A stretch of 64,000 bases of DNA from Betaproteobacteria bacterium. GTDB taxonomy: Bacteria > Pseudomonadota > Gammaproteobacteria > Burkholderiales > SG8-39. Location: assembly GCA_029883975.1 (NCBI GenBank), contig JAOUIL010000001.1, positions 1,255 through 65,254 of the forward strand, read 5' to 3'. Of the stretch, positions 1-10,631 are shown in pieces (the first letter of the stretch is position 1; each line of letters starts with the position of its first letter). The position numbers were made by a program, and so were the translations under genes. Under the pieces are notes generated by a model. That model saw nothing but the letters and a program-made list of their open reading frames with translations. It was not told the origin of the DNA and did no database searches.

Positions 1-111
1 GGCATGGCGACGGTATGGGTCAGCCGCGAGCGGCGCAGCGTGCCCTACGTCGACTTGCGCATTACATCGGTCACGCAGCTGCCGGGCCTCGTTTTTCGCT
101 ACTCGCGCTAG
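1..111 (+). CDS. 3' end of an unidentified upstream CDS (partial, enters from the left edge)
   Basis: Frame 1 is open from base 1 to TAG 109-111 (...VWVSRERRSVPYVDLRITSVTQLPGLVFRYSR*). Most third positions are G/C, as in neighbouring genes. Family not recognised. Confidence 0.3.
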   Translation, partial: GMATVWVSRERRSVPYVDLRITSVTQLPGLVFRYSR

Positions 112-117
112 TAGAAT
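112..117 (+). promoter_or_regulatory. -10-like hexamer TAGAAT, 6 nt before the slmA ATG (candidate leaderless promoter)
   Basis: TAGAAT-cttttc-ATG(124). No purine-rich SD in between. An isolated AT hexamer in GC-rich DNA. Confidence 0.4.
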
Positions 118-123
118 CTTTTC

Positions 124-678
124 ATGCCCCGGGCCAAAGGCGAGCGCCGACTCGAGATCCTGAAGGCCCTTGCGCACATGCTCGAGGCGCCGCGCTGGGA
201 GAAGATCACCACCGCCGCGCTCGCCGCGCGGCTCGACGTGTCGGAAGCCGCGCTCTACCGGCACTTCGCCTCCAAGGCGCAGATGTTCGAGGGGCTGATC
301 GAGTTCATCGAGAGCTCGGTGTTCACGCTCGCCAACAAGATCACCGCCGACGAGGCGGACGGCCGCAAGCAGGCCGACCAGCTGGTCGAAATGCTGCTCG
401 CCTTCGCGGAGAAGAACCCTGGCATGGTGCGCGTGATGACCGGCGACGCGCTGGTAGGGGAGCACGAGCGGCTGCAGGCGCGCATGAACCAGTTCTTCGA
501 CCGCTTCGAGGCGACGCTCAAGCAGGCGCTGCGCGCCGCCGCCGACGGCGACGCCGCCGCGCACGCCGCGACGCTGCTGCGCTACGCCATCGGCGCGCTG
601 CACCAGTTCGCCAAGAGCGGCTTCGCGCGGCGCCCGACCGAAGGCTACGCGGCGCAGCGCGCGTTCCTCGCCGCTTGA
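124..678 (+). CDS. slmA: Nucleoid occlusion factor SlmA (TetR family)
   Basis: 184 aa. RRLEILKALAHMLE...ITTAALAARLDVSEAALYRHFASKAQMFEGLIEFIE...NPGMVRVMTGDAL is colinear with E. coli SlmA as I recall it. Confidence 0.85.
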   Translation: MPRAKGERRLEILKALAHMLEAPRWEKITTAALAARLDVSEAALYRHFASKAQMFEGLIEFIESSVFTLANKITADEADGRKQADQLVEMLLAFAEKNPGMVRVMTGDALVGEHERLQARMNQFFDRFEATLKQALRAAADGDAAAHAATLLRYAIGALHQFAKSGFARRPTEGYAAQRAFLAA

Positions 679-1190
679 GCCGCTCGCTCGCTCTGGTCTT
701 GCTGCTGTGGAGCGGGGCCGCGGTCCCGCAGGGCGGCATGGCCGTGACGGCGGCGCGCACCGAGGCCGCGGGCTACGCGGTGACGCACGGCCTCGTGGTG
801 AAGAACCTCGTCGCGCAATGCCAGCGCTTCCGCGACCGCCTGAAGGTGGAGCCGGACGCGGCGCTCGCCGGCTGGCGGCAGCGCAACGCCGAGCGCGCGG
901 CGGCCGCCGAGGCCTACTTCGTGTACGCCGCCGCGGCGATCGAGCGCCAGGAGGGCGCGGCCGCCGCCGAGAGTTTCAACCGGCGCACGCGCGGCCTGTT
1001 CCGCCGCAAGGCGAACGACACGCTGAACGACATCTTCGAGCGCACGGCGCCGCAGCCCTGGGTGTGCGAGCAGTGGATCGACGCCATCGCGCAGGGCAAG
1101 ACCGACCTGGACTGGGAGTCGAAGTACCTGAACACGCTGGACGAGCTGGTGGCTTTCGAGCGCTCCCTGCGCCCGGGAGCGGGGAAGTAG
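675..1190 (+). CDS. Hypothetical secreted protein
   Basis: TTG at 675 overlaps the slmA stop (TTGA). The N-terminus SRSLALVLLLWSGAAVPQGG looks like a signal peptide. High GC3 and two Cys; no family recognised. ATG 737 is an alternative start. Confidence 0.5.
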   Translation: MSRSLALVLLLWSGAAVPQGGMAVTAARTEAAGYAVTHGLVVKNLVAQCQRFRDRLKVEPDAALAGWRQRNAERAAAAEAYFVYAAAAIERQEGAAAAESFNRRTRGLFRRKANDTLNDIFERTAPQPWVCEQWIDAIAQGKTDLDWESKYLNTLDELVAFERSLRPGAGK

Positions 1191-1218
1191 CGCCCTGGAC
1201 GGCACCGCGCTGACGGTC

Positions 1219-1440
1219 GTGCTGTGCGTCGCCGTCGCGGGCCTGGTCGCCGGCATCGAGCGGCTGCTGCGCAAGCCCGAGGCCGAGCTGACGTCGGTCG
1301 ACCGCACGCTCGCCTACGTGTTCGTCGGGCGCTATTTCGCGCGGCTGCGCCGGCGCGGCTACCTGCTGCCTGCCCGCGGATGGCAGGCGCTGCTCGCGGC
1401 GCTCGCCGCCATCGCGCTCGCCGCGCTGCTCGCGCGCTAG
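1219..1440 (+). CDS. Small hypothetical membrane protein (73 aa)
   Basis: GTG start, two hydrophobic segments, very high GC3. Its end overlaps the moeB stop convergently. Could be spurious. Confidence 0.35.
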   Translation: MLCVAVAGLVAGIERLLRKPEAELTSVDRTLAYVFVGRYFARLRRRGYLLPARGWQALLAALAAIALAALLAR

Positions 1441-2182
1441 CGCGCGCCGCACACCGCGCAGCGCGGATCCTTCTTCACCTTCACGCTGCGCAGCTCCGAG
1501 CGCAGCGCGTCGATGAGCGTCAGCTGCCCGAGCGGCGTCTCGCCCGCGCCGGCGAGCAGCTTCACCGCCTCGAGCGCCTGCAGCGCGCCGACGGTGCCGG
1601 TGAGCGGCGCGAGCACGCCCATGACGTTGCACTGCACCTCCTCGACCTCGCCGTCCTCGGGAAACAGGCACGCGTAGCAGGGGGCTTCCTTGCGGCGCAG
1701 GTCGAACACCATGAGCTGGCCGTCGAAGCGAATGGCCGCGCCAGAGACGAGCGGCCTCCCGTGCCGCACGCAGGCGCGGTTCAGCAGGTGGCGCGTGGCG
1801 AAATTGTCCGAGCAGTCGAGCACCACGTCGGCCCCGGCGACCAGCGTGTCGACCTGGTCGGCGCCGACCCGTTGCGCCAGCGGCACGATCTCGACGTCCG
1901 CATTCATCGCGGCGAGCGTGCGCTTGGCTTCGTCGACTTTCTTCGCGCCGACGGACGCGGTGCGATACAGGACCTGCCGCTGCAAATTGGTCAGGTCGAC
2001 GGCGTCGGCGTCGGCGATCACCAGGCGCCCGACGCCGCTCGAGGCGAGATACAGCGCCGCCGGGCAGCCCAGGCCGCCCGCGCCGACCACCAGCGCGGCC
2101 GAGGCGCGCAGCCGCTCCTGCCCCTCGACGCCGAACTCGTTGAGGAGGATGTGCCTGGAGTAGCGGAGGAGCTGCTGGTCGT

Positions 2183-2186
<4 letters not shown>
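1437..2186 (-). CDS. moeB: Molybdopterin-synthase adenylyltransferase MoeB/ThiF family
   Basis: VVGAGGLG nucleotide loop and two CxxC pairs (CYAC, CAVC). The conserved N-terminal LLRYSRHILL...FG.EGQ is encoded at 2091-2186, upstream of the track's GTG (2090). The only candidate start is CTG at 2186. That gives 249 aa, the length of E. coli MoeB as I recall. Confidence 0.8.
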
Positions 2187-3586
<1,400 letters not shown>

Positions 3587-3614
3587 GGTGATTGCGTGCC
3601 TCTGCGGACGCTGC

Positions 3615-4775
3615 CTACTTCAGCACGACCCAGCGAAGGGGGTCGAACGCCTTTCCGAGATGTCGGAGCTCAAAGTATAGCCCCGATTGCTCGTTGCCAC
3701 CGCTCGCGCCGACGGTGGCAATCGCCTCGCCGGCGCCTACCGGGTCGCCTGTCTGCTTCAACAACGACTCGTTGTTGGCATAAATTGACAGATAGTTCTC
3801 ACCGTGGTCGACGATCAGCAGGTTGCCGTAGCCGCGCATCCAGTCGGCGAACACCACCTGGCCTGCGGCGACGGCGAGCACCGGCCGGCCTTCGGGCGCG
3901 CGGATGAACACGCCCTTGGTGCCGGCGGGGCCTGCGCTGCGCGGCGCGCCGAACAGCCCGAGCAGCTCGCCGCGCACCGGCAGGCGCAGCTTGCCGCGCA
4001 ATTCCGCGAAAGGCCCGGCGACGCTGCCGAGCTGCGGGACTTTCTCCACGCGCGCGTAGCCGGCGCCCGGACGCGCCGCCAGCACGCGCCCGATCTCCTC
4101 GACCACGCGCGCCAGGCGCCGCTCGTCGGCCTCGAGCGCGCCGAGCGTGCGCCGCGCCTTGCGCACGTCCACCGAGACGCGTTGCAGGATCGCGCGCCGC
4201 TCGCGCTGCTGGGCGACGATGCGCGCGCGGTCGCGCCGGCTCTCGGCCTCGATGGCGGCCAGCCGCCGGCGGCGCTCCTCGGCCGCGGCGCGCAGCGCGC
4301 GCGACTCGGCGAGATCCTCGCGCAGGTGCTGCGCGAAGCGCGCCGTCGCGCGCGACAGCTCGGCGAGGTAGGCGAGGCGCCGCGCGACGTCCGAGGGGTT
4401 CTCGCCCGAGAGCGCGATCTTCAGTGCGCCGGGCGCGCCGGCGGCATAGCGCGCGGCGAGCAGCCGCCCGAGCGCCTCCTGCCGGTCCGCCAGCCGCGCC
4501 TCCAGCGTCCGGCTGCGCTCGGCGAGGCGCGCGAGCTGGGCCTGCGCTGCGCGGCGCTCGGCCTCCAGCGCGCGCAGCGTGCGATTGGCCTCCGAGATGG
4601 CGCGCTCGGAATCGCGCAGCGCGTCGCGCGCCTCGCGCCGGCTCGCTTCCTTGGCCTCGAGCTCGGCGCGCACCGCCTCCATGCGCGCGCGCAGCGCCGC
4701 CAGGTCCTCGTCGCGGCCGGCGTGCGCCGCCGCGCAGGTCGCGGCGAGCAGCAGCCAGGCGAGGGCGCGAATCAG
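3615..4775 (-). CDS. envC: EnvC-like coiled-coil M23 (LytM) peptidase / murein hydrolase activator
   Basis: The signal peptide (L)[18 protein letters not shown] begins exactly at the CTG overlapping the gpmA stop. It is followed by long coiled-coil repeats and a C-terminal M23 domain ([19 protein letters not shown]...GLYFELRH). The upstream 99 codons of track ORF 3615..5072 overlap gpmA and are Arg/Gly junk. Confidence 0.8.
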   Translation of the reverse strand: MIRALAWLLLAATCAAAHAGRDEDLAALRARMEAVRAELEAKEASRREARDALRDSERAISEANRTLRALEAERRAAQAQLARLAERSRTLEARLADRQEALGRLLAARYAAGAPGALKIALSGENPSDVARRLAYLAELSRATARFAQHLREDLAESRALRAAAEERRRRLAAIEAESRRDRARIVAQQRERRAILQRVSVDVRKARRTLGALEADERRLARVVEEIGRVLAARPGAGYARVEKVPQLGSVAGPFAELRGKLRLPVRGELLGLFGAPRSAGPAGTKGVFIRAPEGRPVLAVAAGQVVFADWMRGYGNLLIVDHGENYLSIYANNESLLKQTGDPVGAGEAIATVGASGGNEQSGLYFELRHLGKAFDPLRWVVLK

Positions 4776-5512
4776 GCGCGCGCCTTGCCCTGCGCCGCGA
4801 CCGCCGCCACGCGCCGCGCCACTTCCTCGGCGTCGCCCAGGTAGTAGTGCCGCAACGGCCGCAGCCCTTCGTCCAGCTCGTAGACGAGCGGCACGCCGGT
4901 CGGCACGTTCAGCCCGACGATGTCGGCGTCCGACACGCCGTCCAGGTGCTTGATGAGCGCGCGCAGCGAATTGCCGTGCGCGGCGACCAGCACCTGCCGC
5001 CCGCCGCGCACCGCGGGGGCGATGGCCGTGTTCCAGTACGGCAGCACGCGCGCCACCGTGTCCTTCAGGCACTCGGTGAGCGGCACCGCGGCGCCGGCGT
5101 AGCGCGGATCACCGCCTTCGTAGCGCGCATCGCGGCGCTCGAGCGCCGGCGGCGGCGTGTCGTAGCTGCGGCGCCAGGCGAGCACCTGCGCCTCGCCGAA
5201 CTTGGCCGCCGTCTCGGCCTTGTCCAGCCCCTGCAGCGCGCCGTAGTGGCGCTCGTTCAGGCGCCAGTGCTTCTCCACCGGCAGCCAGACGCGGTCCATC
5301 TCCTCGAGCACGAGCCACAGCGTGCGGATCGCGCGCTTGAGGACCGAGGTGAAGGCGAGGTCGAACTCGTAGCCCTGGGCGCGCAGCAGGCGCCCGGCGG
5401 CGCGCGCTTCCTCGACGCCGGCCGGCGACAGGTCGACGTCGGTCCAGCCGGTGAACCGGTTCTCGCGGTTCCACACCGACTCGCCGTGGCGAAGCAGCAC
5501 GATGCGGTGCAT
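4772..5512 (-). CDS. gpmA: 2,3-bisphosphoglycerate-dependent phosphoglycerate mutase
   Basis: [28 protein letters not shown]... is the canonical RHGES histidine-phosphatase N-terminus. 246 aa. Confidence 0.95.
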   Translation of the reverse strand: MHRIVLLRHGESVWNRENRFTGWTDVDLSPAGVEEARAAGRLLRAQGYEFDLAFTSVLKRAIRTLWLVLEEMDRVWLPVEKHWRLNERHYGALQGLDKAETAAKFGEAQVLAWRRSYDTPPPALERRDARYEGGDPRYAGAAVPLTECLKDTVARVLPYWNTAIAPAVRGGRQVLVAAHGNSLRALIKHLDGVSDADIVGLNVPTGVPLVYELDEGLRPLRHYYLGDAEEVARRVAAVAAQGKARA

Positions 5513-5519
5513 GCGCTCA

Positions 5520-5529
5520 ATTATATAAT
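5520..5529. promoter_or_regulatory. Palindromic ATTATATAAT giving a consensus TATAAT -10 on both strands (gpmA and rhodanese gene)
   Basis: Plus strand: TATAAT 5524-5529, then 9 nt, then ATG 5539. Minus strand: TATAAT (5525->5520), then 7 nt, then ATG 5512. The spacer is 26 bp with no SD on either side. Confidence 0.55.
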
Positions 5530-5538
5530 CGCCGCCTC

Positions 5539-5949
5539 ATGCTCGAATTCCTGCAGAAGAACATCCTGCTCGTGGCCGCGGCCGTCGGCTCCGGCGCCAT
5601 GCTGCTGTGGCCGCTGATCCGCGGCGCGGGCGGCGGCGGGTCGGTGAGCACGCTCGAGGCGACGCAGCTCATCAACCGGCAGGACGCGCTGGTGCTCGAC
5701 GTGCGCGACGCCGCGCGCTACGCCGAGGGGCACATCCTGGGGGCGAGGAACCTGCCGCTCGCCGACCTGGAGCGGCGCGCCGGCGAGCTGGACAAGTACA
5801 AGAACCGGCCGGTGATCGTCGCCTGCGACTCGGGGAGCACCTCGGGGCGCGCCGCGAGCCGGCTCAGGGCGCTCGGCTTCCCGCAGGCGGTGAGCCTCGC
5901 CGGGGGCTTTCGCGCCTGGGTGCAGGGCGGCCTGCCGCTGGAGAAGTAG
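5539..5949 (+). CDS. Rhodanese-domain sulfurtransferase with N-terminal TM segment
   Basis: 136 aa with a rhodanese fold motif and active-site loop VACDSGSTSGRAA. Confidence 0.85.
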   Translation: MLEFLQKNILLVAAAVGSGAMLLWPLIRGAGGGGSVSTLEATQLINRQDALVLDVRDAARYAEGHILGARNLPLADLERRAGELDKYKNRPVIVACDSGSTSGRAASRLRALGFPQAVSLAGGFRAWVQGGLPLEK

Positions 5950-5950
5950 A

Positions 5951-6223
5951 ATGGCCCGCGTGCAGATCTACCTGACGGCCTACTGCGGCTACTGCCGCGC
6001 CGCGCTGCGGCTGCTGCGGGAGAAAGGCGTCGCCGACGCCGACATCGACATGGTGCGCGTGGACGAGGAGCCCGCGCGCCGCGCGGAGATGCGCGCGCGC
6101 TCCGGGCGCCACACCGTGCCGCAGATCTGGATCGGCGAGCGCCACATCGGCGGCTTCGATGACCTGTCCGACCTGGAACATGCCGGCGAGCTCGACGAGC
6201 TGCTCGCCATCGAGAAGACCTGA
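5951..6223 (+). CDS. grxC: Glutaredoxin 3
   Basis: 90 aa: VQIYLTAYCGYCRAA...TVPQIWIGERHIGGFDDL. The active site is CGYC rather than CPYC. Confidence 0.9.
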   Translation: MARVQIYLTAYCGYCRAALRLLREKGVADADIDMVRVDEEPARRAEMRARSGRHTVPQIWIGERHIGGFDDLSDLEHAGELDELLAIEKT

Positions 6224-6227
6224 GCCC

Positions 6228-6683
6228 ATGGCCGACGCCGAGCAACCCAGCTTCCAGATCGAGAAGATCTATGTGAAGGACGTGTCCCTCGAGATCCCGG
6301 GCGCGCCGCAGGTGTTCCTCGAGGCGCTGCAGCCGCAGCTCGAGATCCAGGTGCGGAACGAGTCCTCGCGCTTCGGCGAGGCGCTGTTCGAGGTGACGAT
6401 CACGGTGACGGTCACCGCCAAGGCGGGTGAGAAGACGCTGTTCCTCGCCGAAGCGGCGCAGGCGGGCATCTTCTCCGTGCGCCACGTGCCGCCGCAGGAC
6501 CTCGAGCCGCTGCTCGCGGTGGCCTGCCCGACCATCCTCTACCCGTATGCGCGCGAGACCGTCTCGGACCTCGTGGCGCGCGGCGGCTTTCCGCCGGTGC
6601 TGCTCGCGCCGGTGTCCTTCGAGGCCCTGTACGCGCAGCGCCAGCAGCAGCAGGGCGGCGCGCCCGTCGAGGCGGCGAGCTAG
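6228..6683 (+). CDS. secB: Protein-export chaperone SecB
   Basis: ATG 6228 gives MADAEQPSFQIEKIYVKDVSLE...FLAEAAQAGIF...CPTILYPYARE, the typical SecB sequence. Confidence 0.9.
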   Translation: MADAEQPSFQIEKIYVKDVSLEIPGAPQVFLEALQPQLEIQVRNESSRFGEALFEVTITVTVTAKAGEKTLFLAEAAQAGIFSVRHVPPQDLEPLLAVACPTILYPYARETVSDLVARGGFPPVLLAPVSFEALYAQRQQQQGGAPVEAAS

Positions 6684-6687
6684 CGCC

Positions 6688-7122
6688 ATGCGCGCGCTCG
6701 CCGCAATGCTGCTCGCGCTGGCGGCCGCCGCGGCGCAGGCCGGCGATTTCAAGAGCGTGGGCGAGCCGGCGGCGGTGCTGTACGACGCTCCCTCGCGCAA
6801 CGCCAAGCCGCTGTACGTGGTGTCGCGCCACTACCCGGTGGAGATCATCGTCAACCTGGACGCCTGGGTGAAGGTGCGCGACCACACGGGCGCGCTGGCC
6901 TGGATCGAGCGCAAGCAGCTCGTCGACCAGCGCATGGTGGTGGTGACCGCGCCCTCGGCCGAGGCGCGCGTGCGCGCCGAGGACGGCGCGCCGCTGGCCT
7001 TCGTCGCCGCGCAGAACGTCGCGCTGGAGCTGCTCGGCTTCGTCCCGGGCGGCTGGCTGCGCGTGCGTCACGCCGACGGCGCCAACGGCTACCTGCGCGC
7101 CGGCGCGGTCTGGGGGACGTGA
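6688..7122 (+). CDS. Secreted SH3b-domain protein
   Basis: ATG 6688, signal peptide [18 protein letters not shown], then two SH3-like repeats (WVKVRD..G.LAWIE / [15 protein letters not shown]). Confidence 0.7.
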   Translation: MRALAAMLLALAAAAAQAGDFKSVGEPAAVLYDAPSRNAKPLYVVSRHYPVEIIVNLDAWVKVRDHTGALAWIERKQLVDQRMVVVTAPSAEARVRAEDGAPLAFVAAQNVALELLGFVPGGWLRVRHADGANGYLRAGAVWGT

Positions 7123-8162
7123 AGCGCATCGCGGTGCTCGGCGCGGGCGCCTGGGGCACCGCGCTCGCCGCAGTGCTCGCCGCGCGCCACGACGTCGTGC
7201 TCTGGGCGCGCGACCCCGCGCAGGCCGAGGCCATGGCGCGCACGCGGCGCAACGCGCGCTACCTTCCCGAGATCGAGCTGCCGGCGCGGCTCGCCGTGCG
7301 CGCCGACTGGCCCGCGGGCGCCGACCTGCTGCTCGCCGCGACGCCGGTGTCCGGGCTGCGCGAGGTGGCGGCGCGCGCGGGCGCCGCGCCGCTCGTCTGG
7401 CTGTGCAAGGGCTTCGAGGCGGGCACCGGGCTGCTGCCGCACGCGGTGGTCGCCGACGTCCGCGGGACGCGCGCACCCGGCGGCGCGCTGTCGGGGCCGT
7501 CCTTCGCGCTCGAGGTGGCGCGCGGCCTGCCTTGCGCGCTGACGCTTGCCTCGCGCAACGCCGCCTTCGCGCAGCGCACCGCGCGCGACCTGCACGGCGG
7601 GCGCATGCGCGTGTACTACAGCGCCGACCTCGCCGGCGTGGAGATCGGCGGCGCGGTGAAGAACGTCATGGCGATCGCGGTCGGCATCGCCGACGGGCTG
7701 GGCCTGGGGCAGAACGCGCGCGCGGCGCTCATCACCCGCGGCCTGGCCGAGATGACGCGCCTCGGCGTGGCGCTCGGCGGGCGCGCGCACACCCTGATGG
7801 GGCTCGCCGGCGCGGGCGACCTGATCCTGACCGCGACCGGCGAGCTGTCGCGCAACCGGCGCGTCGGCCTTGCGCTGGCGCGCGGCGAGGCGCTGCCCGA
7901 GATCCTGCGCGGGCTGGGCCACGTCGCCGAGGGCGTGCACACGGCGCGCGAGGCGCTGCGCCTGGCCACGCGCCATCGGGTCGACATGCCGATCACGCAG
8001 GCGGTGAGCGCGGTGCTGGAAGGCAGGCTCGCGCCCGCGCAGGCGGTGGAGCTGCTGCTCGCGCGCGATCCCACGGTGGAGACGCGCGTCAGCGCCCGCC
8101 GGCGAAGCCGAGCTGCCGCCAGGCCTCGTACACGAGCACGGCGACCGCGTTCGAGAGATTGA
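7119..8162 (+). CDS. gpsA: NAD(P)H-dependent glycerol-3-phosphate dehydrogenase
   Basis: GTG overlaps the upstream stop (GTGA). [17 protein letters not shown]...[12 protein letters not shown]...LSRNRRVG. The Arg-rich last ~26 aa read antisense to the trmL 3' end. Confidence 0.9.
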   Translation: MKRIAVLGAGAWGTALAAVLAARHDVVLWARDPAQAEAMARTRRNARYLPEIELPARLAVRADWPAGADLLLAATPVSGLREVAARAGAAPLVWLCKGFEAGTGLLPHAVVADVRGTRAPGGALSGPSFALEVARGLPCALTLASRNAAFAQRTARDLHGGRMRVYYSADLAGVEIGGAVKNVMAIAVGIADGLGLGQNARAALITRGLAEMTRLGVALGGRAHTLMGLAGAGDLILTATGELSRNRRVGLALARGEALPEILRGLGHVAEGVHTAREALRLATRHRVDMPITQAVSAVLEGRLAPAQAVELLLARDPTVETRVSARRRSRAAARPRTRARRPRSRD

Positions 8163-8553
8163 GGCTGCGGTTGCCGGGCAGCATGGGCAGGCGCAGGCGC
8201 CGCTCGGGCGGGAATTCCTCCAGGATCGCCTGCGGCAGTCCGCGGGTCTCGGCGCCGAACACGAACACGTCGTCGACGGCGAAGCGCACGTCCGCGTAGC
8301 GCACCGTGCCGCGCGTCGACGCGGCGAACAGCCGCCGGCCGGCGAGCGCCGCGCGGCATGCCGCCCAGTCGCGATGCACCTGCACGTTCGCCATCTCGTG
8401 GTAGTCGAGCCCGGCGCGCTTCAGCTGCCGGTCGTCCATGGAAAAGCCGAGCGGCTCGACGAGATGCAGGCGCGCGCCGGTGTTGGCGGCGAGGCGGATC
8501 ACGTTGCCGGCGTTGGGCGGGATCTCCGGCGCATGCAGCACGATGTCAGGCAT
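8089..8553 (-). CDS. trmL: tRNA (cytidine/uridine(34)-2'-O)-methyltransferase, SpoU class
   Basis: 154 aa: [31 protein letters not shown]...FGAETRGLP...[14 protein letters not shown]. Confidence 0.9.
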   Translation of the reverse strand: MPDIVLHAPEIPPNAGNVIRLAANTGARLHLVEPLGFSMDDRQLKRAGLDYHEMANVQVHRDWAACRAALAGRRLFAASTRGTVRYADVRFAVDDVFVFGAETRGLPQAILEEFPPERRLRLPMLPGNRSLNLSNAVAVLVYEAWRQLGFAGGR

Positions 8554-9256
8554 GCGCGTGCGGCGCGGTGCGCGCCACCACCCAGTTGACGACGCGCGCG
8601 GCGCCCGCGCGCTTCAGGGTCGCGGCGAGCTCGGCGAGCGTCGCGCCGGTCGTCATCACGTCGTCGACCAGCGCCACTTCGGCGCCCGCGAACGGCGCCG
8701 CGCAGCGGAAGGCGCCGCGCACGTTGCGCGCGCGCTCGGCGAGCGGCAGGTCGAGCTGCGCCGGCGTGTCGCGGCCGCGCTCGGCGGCGAGCGGCGCGAG
8801 CCGGCAGCCGGTCGCCGCGGCCACCGCGCGCGCGATCTCGAGCGACTGGTTGAAGCCGCGTACGCGCAGGCGCGCGGCCGCGAGCGGCACGGGCAGGATG
8901 AAATCCGCGCGCGCGTCGCGCGGCAGGCGCGCGGCGAGCAGGCCGCCGAGCAGCGGGGCGAGCGCGAGCTCGCCACGGAACTTCAGTCCCTGCACCAGCA
9001 CGTCGCACGGGAACTCGTAGGCGAGCGCGGCGACGGTCGCGTCGTAGGCCGGCGGCTGCGCAAGGCATTGTCCGCACGTCTCGCCCGCGGGGCTGGGCAG
9101 CGCGCAGCGCGGGCACAGCGCGCCCTCGAGGCGCGGCAGCTCGGCGTCGCACTGCGCGCACAGCACGCCGTCGGCCACGCCGCGGCACAGGTAGCAGCTG
9201 CCGCCGAAGGCGAGATGCGCCAGGTTCACAAAGCGCCGCGCGAGGCCACCGAGCAT
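8546..9256 (-). CDS. comF: ComF family protein (phosphoribosyltransferase-like)
   Basis: N-terminal Cys pairs (CYLC...CAQC...CPRC...CGQC) and C-terminal PRTase loop [12 protein letters not shown]. Confidence 0.85.
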   Translation of the reverse strand: MLGGLARRFVNLAHLAFGGSCYLCRGVADGVLCAQCDAELPRLEGALCPRCALPSPAGETCGQCLAQPPAYDATVAALAYEFPCDVLVQGLKFRGELALAPLLGGLLAARLPRDARADFILPVPLAAARLRVRGFNQSLEIARAVAAATGCRLAPLAAERGRDTPAQLDLPLAERARNVRGAFRCAAPFAGAEVALVDDVMTTGATLAELAATLKRAGAARVVNWVVARTAPHAHA

Positions 9257-9272
9257 TGCGAATATTGTGCGC

Positions 9273-9278
9273 TAGACT
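9273..9278 (+). promoter_or_regulatory. -10-like hexamer TAGACT, 6 nt before the amidase ATG
   Basis: TAGACT-tcctgc-ATG(9285). No SD. The comF/amidase divergent spacer is 28 bp. Confidence 0.35.
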
Positions 9279-9284
9279 TCCTGC

Positions 9285-10631
9285 ATGTGGACGGTAGCGG
9301 GGCTTGCCCGCGATCTCGCCGAAGGCAGAACGACCAGCCGCAAGCTCGTAGAGGAGGCGCTGGCGCGCATCGCCGATCCCGCGGGGGAAGGGTCGCGCGC
9401 GTTTCTCAAGGTGTATGCGGATGACGCGCGCGCCGAGGCGGAGCACTCCGACCGGCTGCGCCGCTCGGGCATCGTACGCTCGCCGGTCGAGGGGCTGCCG
9501 GTGTCGCTCAAGGACCTGTACGACGTCGCCGGCGACGTGACGCGCGCGGGCTCCAGGCTGCTCGCAGACGCGCCGCCGGCGAAGCAGGACGCGCCGGCGG
9601 TGGCGCGCCTGCGCGCGGCGGGCGCGGTGCTCATCGGGCGTACCAACATGGTGGAGTTCGCCTTCGGCGCCGTAGGGCTCAATCCGCATTACGGCACGCC
9701 GAAGAATCCATGGGACCGCAAGACCGGCAGGGTGCCTGGAGGCTCGTCCAGCGGCGCGGCGGTCGCGCAGGCCGACGGCATGGCGGTGATGTCGCTCGGC
9801 AGCGATACGCGCGGCTCGATCCGGCAGCCGGCGGCGCTGTGCGGCGTGGTGGGCTGGAAGCCGACGCAGCGGCGCGTGCCGCGCGACGGCGCGTTCCCGC
9901 TGTCCTATACGCTCGACACGGTCGGCCCGCTCGCCAACTCGGTGGACTGCTGCGCCGCGTACGACGCGGTGCTCGCCGCCGAGCCCTGGGCGCCGCTGCC
10001 CGAGGTGCCGGCGCGCGGCCTGCGCCTGCTCGTGCCGCAGGGCGCGTTGCTCGAGGACCTCGCGCCCGAGGTGGCGCGCGCCTTCGAGACGGCCCTGAAG
10101 AAGCTCGCCGCGGCGGGCGCGGCCCTCCACGAGCGCGCGGTGCCGGCGTTCGACCGGCAGGCCGAGTACTTCAAGGGCGGGGGGTTCGCTGGCGCGGAGG
10201 CCTACGCCATCCACCGCCGCTGGGAGAAGCGCCTCGCGGAGTACGACCCGCGCGTCGCCAAGCGCGTGCTGTTCGGCAAGGACATCGGCGTCGCCGACTA
10301 CATCGACCTGGGGCTGCTGCGCGCCGAGTACATCCGCACCGTGGAGGCGCTCGCCGCGCCCTTCGACGCGATGCTCATGCCGACCTCGCCGGCGCTTGCC
10401 CCCGGCATCGCCGAGGCCGACGCGAGCGACGAGGCGTACTTCCACTGGAATTTCCGCATCCTGCGCAACGTCGGGGTGGTGAACTTCCTCGACGGCTGCG
10501 CGCTGTCGCTGCCCTGCCACGCGCCGGGCAGCGCGCCGGTCGGCCTGTCCGTCTTCGGGCCGGCGCTGTCGGACCGGCGCGTGCTCGCCGCCGCGTCGGC
10601 CATCGAAGGGGTGCTGCGCGCGCGTGACTGA
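9285..10631 (+). CDS. Amidase-signature (AS) family enzyme
   Basis: 448 aa with the catalytic region PVSLKDLYDV...GRTNMVEFA...GGSSSGAAVA (Lys / cis-Ser / Ser signature). Confidence 0.85.
   Translation: MWTVAGLARDLAEGRTTSRKLVEEALARIADPAGEGSRAFLKVYADDARAEAEHSDRLRRSGIVRSPVEGLPVSLKDLYDVAGDVTRAGSRLLADAPPAKQDAPAVARLRAAGAVLIGRTNMVEFAFGAVGLNPHYGTPKNPWDRKTGRVPGGSSSGAAVAQADGMAVMSLGSDTRGSIRQPAALCGVVGWKPTQRRVPRDGAFPLSYTLDTVGPLANSVDCCAAYDAVLAAEPWAPLPEVPARGLRLLVPQGALLEDLAPEVARAFETALKKLAAAGAALHERAVPAFDRQAEYFKGGGFAGAEAYAIHRRWEKRLAEYDPRVAKRVLFGKDIGVADYIDLGLLRAEYIRTVEALAAPFDAMLMPTSPALAPGIAEADASDEAYFHWNFRILRNVGVVNFLDGCALSLPCHAPGSAPVGLSVFGPALSDRRVLAAASAIEGVLRARD

Noticed and set aside
15-1190. 391-aa ORF spanning slmA in another frame
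   Set aside because: Its first ~220 residues are Arg/Ala/Gly/Pro-rich, typical of an off-frame reading of GC-rich coding DNA, and they overlap the well-supported slmA. Only the 3' part (675-1190) is kept as a plausible gene.
9257-9272. -10-like CAATAT on the minus strand, 5 nt before the comF ATG
   Set aside because: Both the hexamer and the spacing fit poorly compared with the other 14 cases, so it is not counted in the leaderless set.
8499-10520. Very long antisense or alternative-frame ORFs. Examples: 8499..10520(-), 12816..14693(-), 17956..20355(+), 37422..39524(-), 43718..45823(-), 47934..50405(+), 30080..31954(-)
   Set aside because: All lie opposite or out of frame to genes with strong family motifs. 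Their translations are monotonous R/A/G/P/H strings with no recognisable domains. This is the expected artefact of stop-codon-poor DNA this GC-rich.
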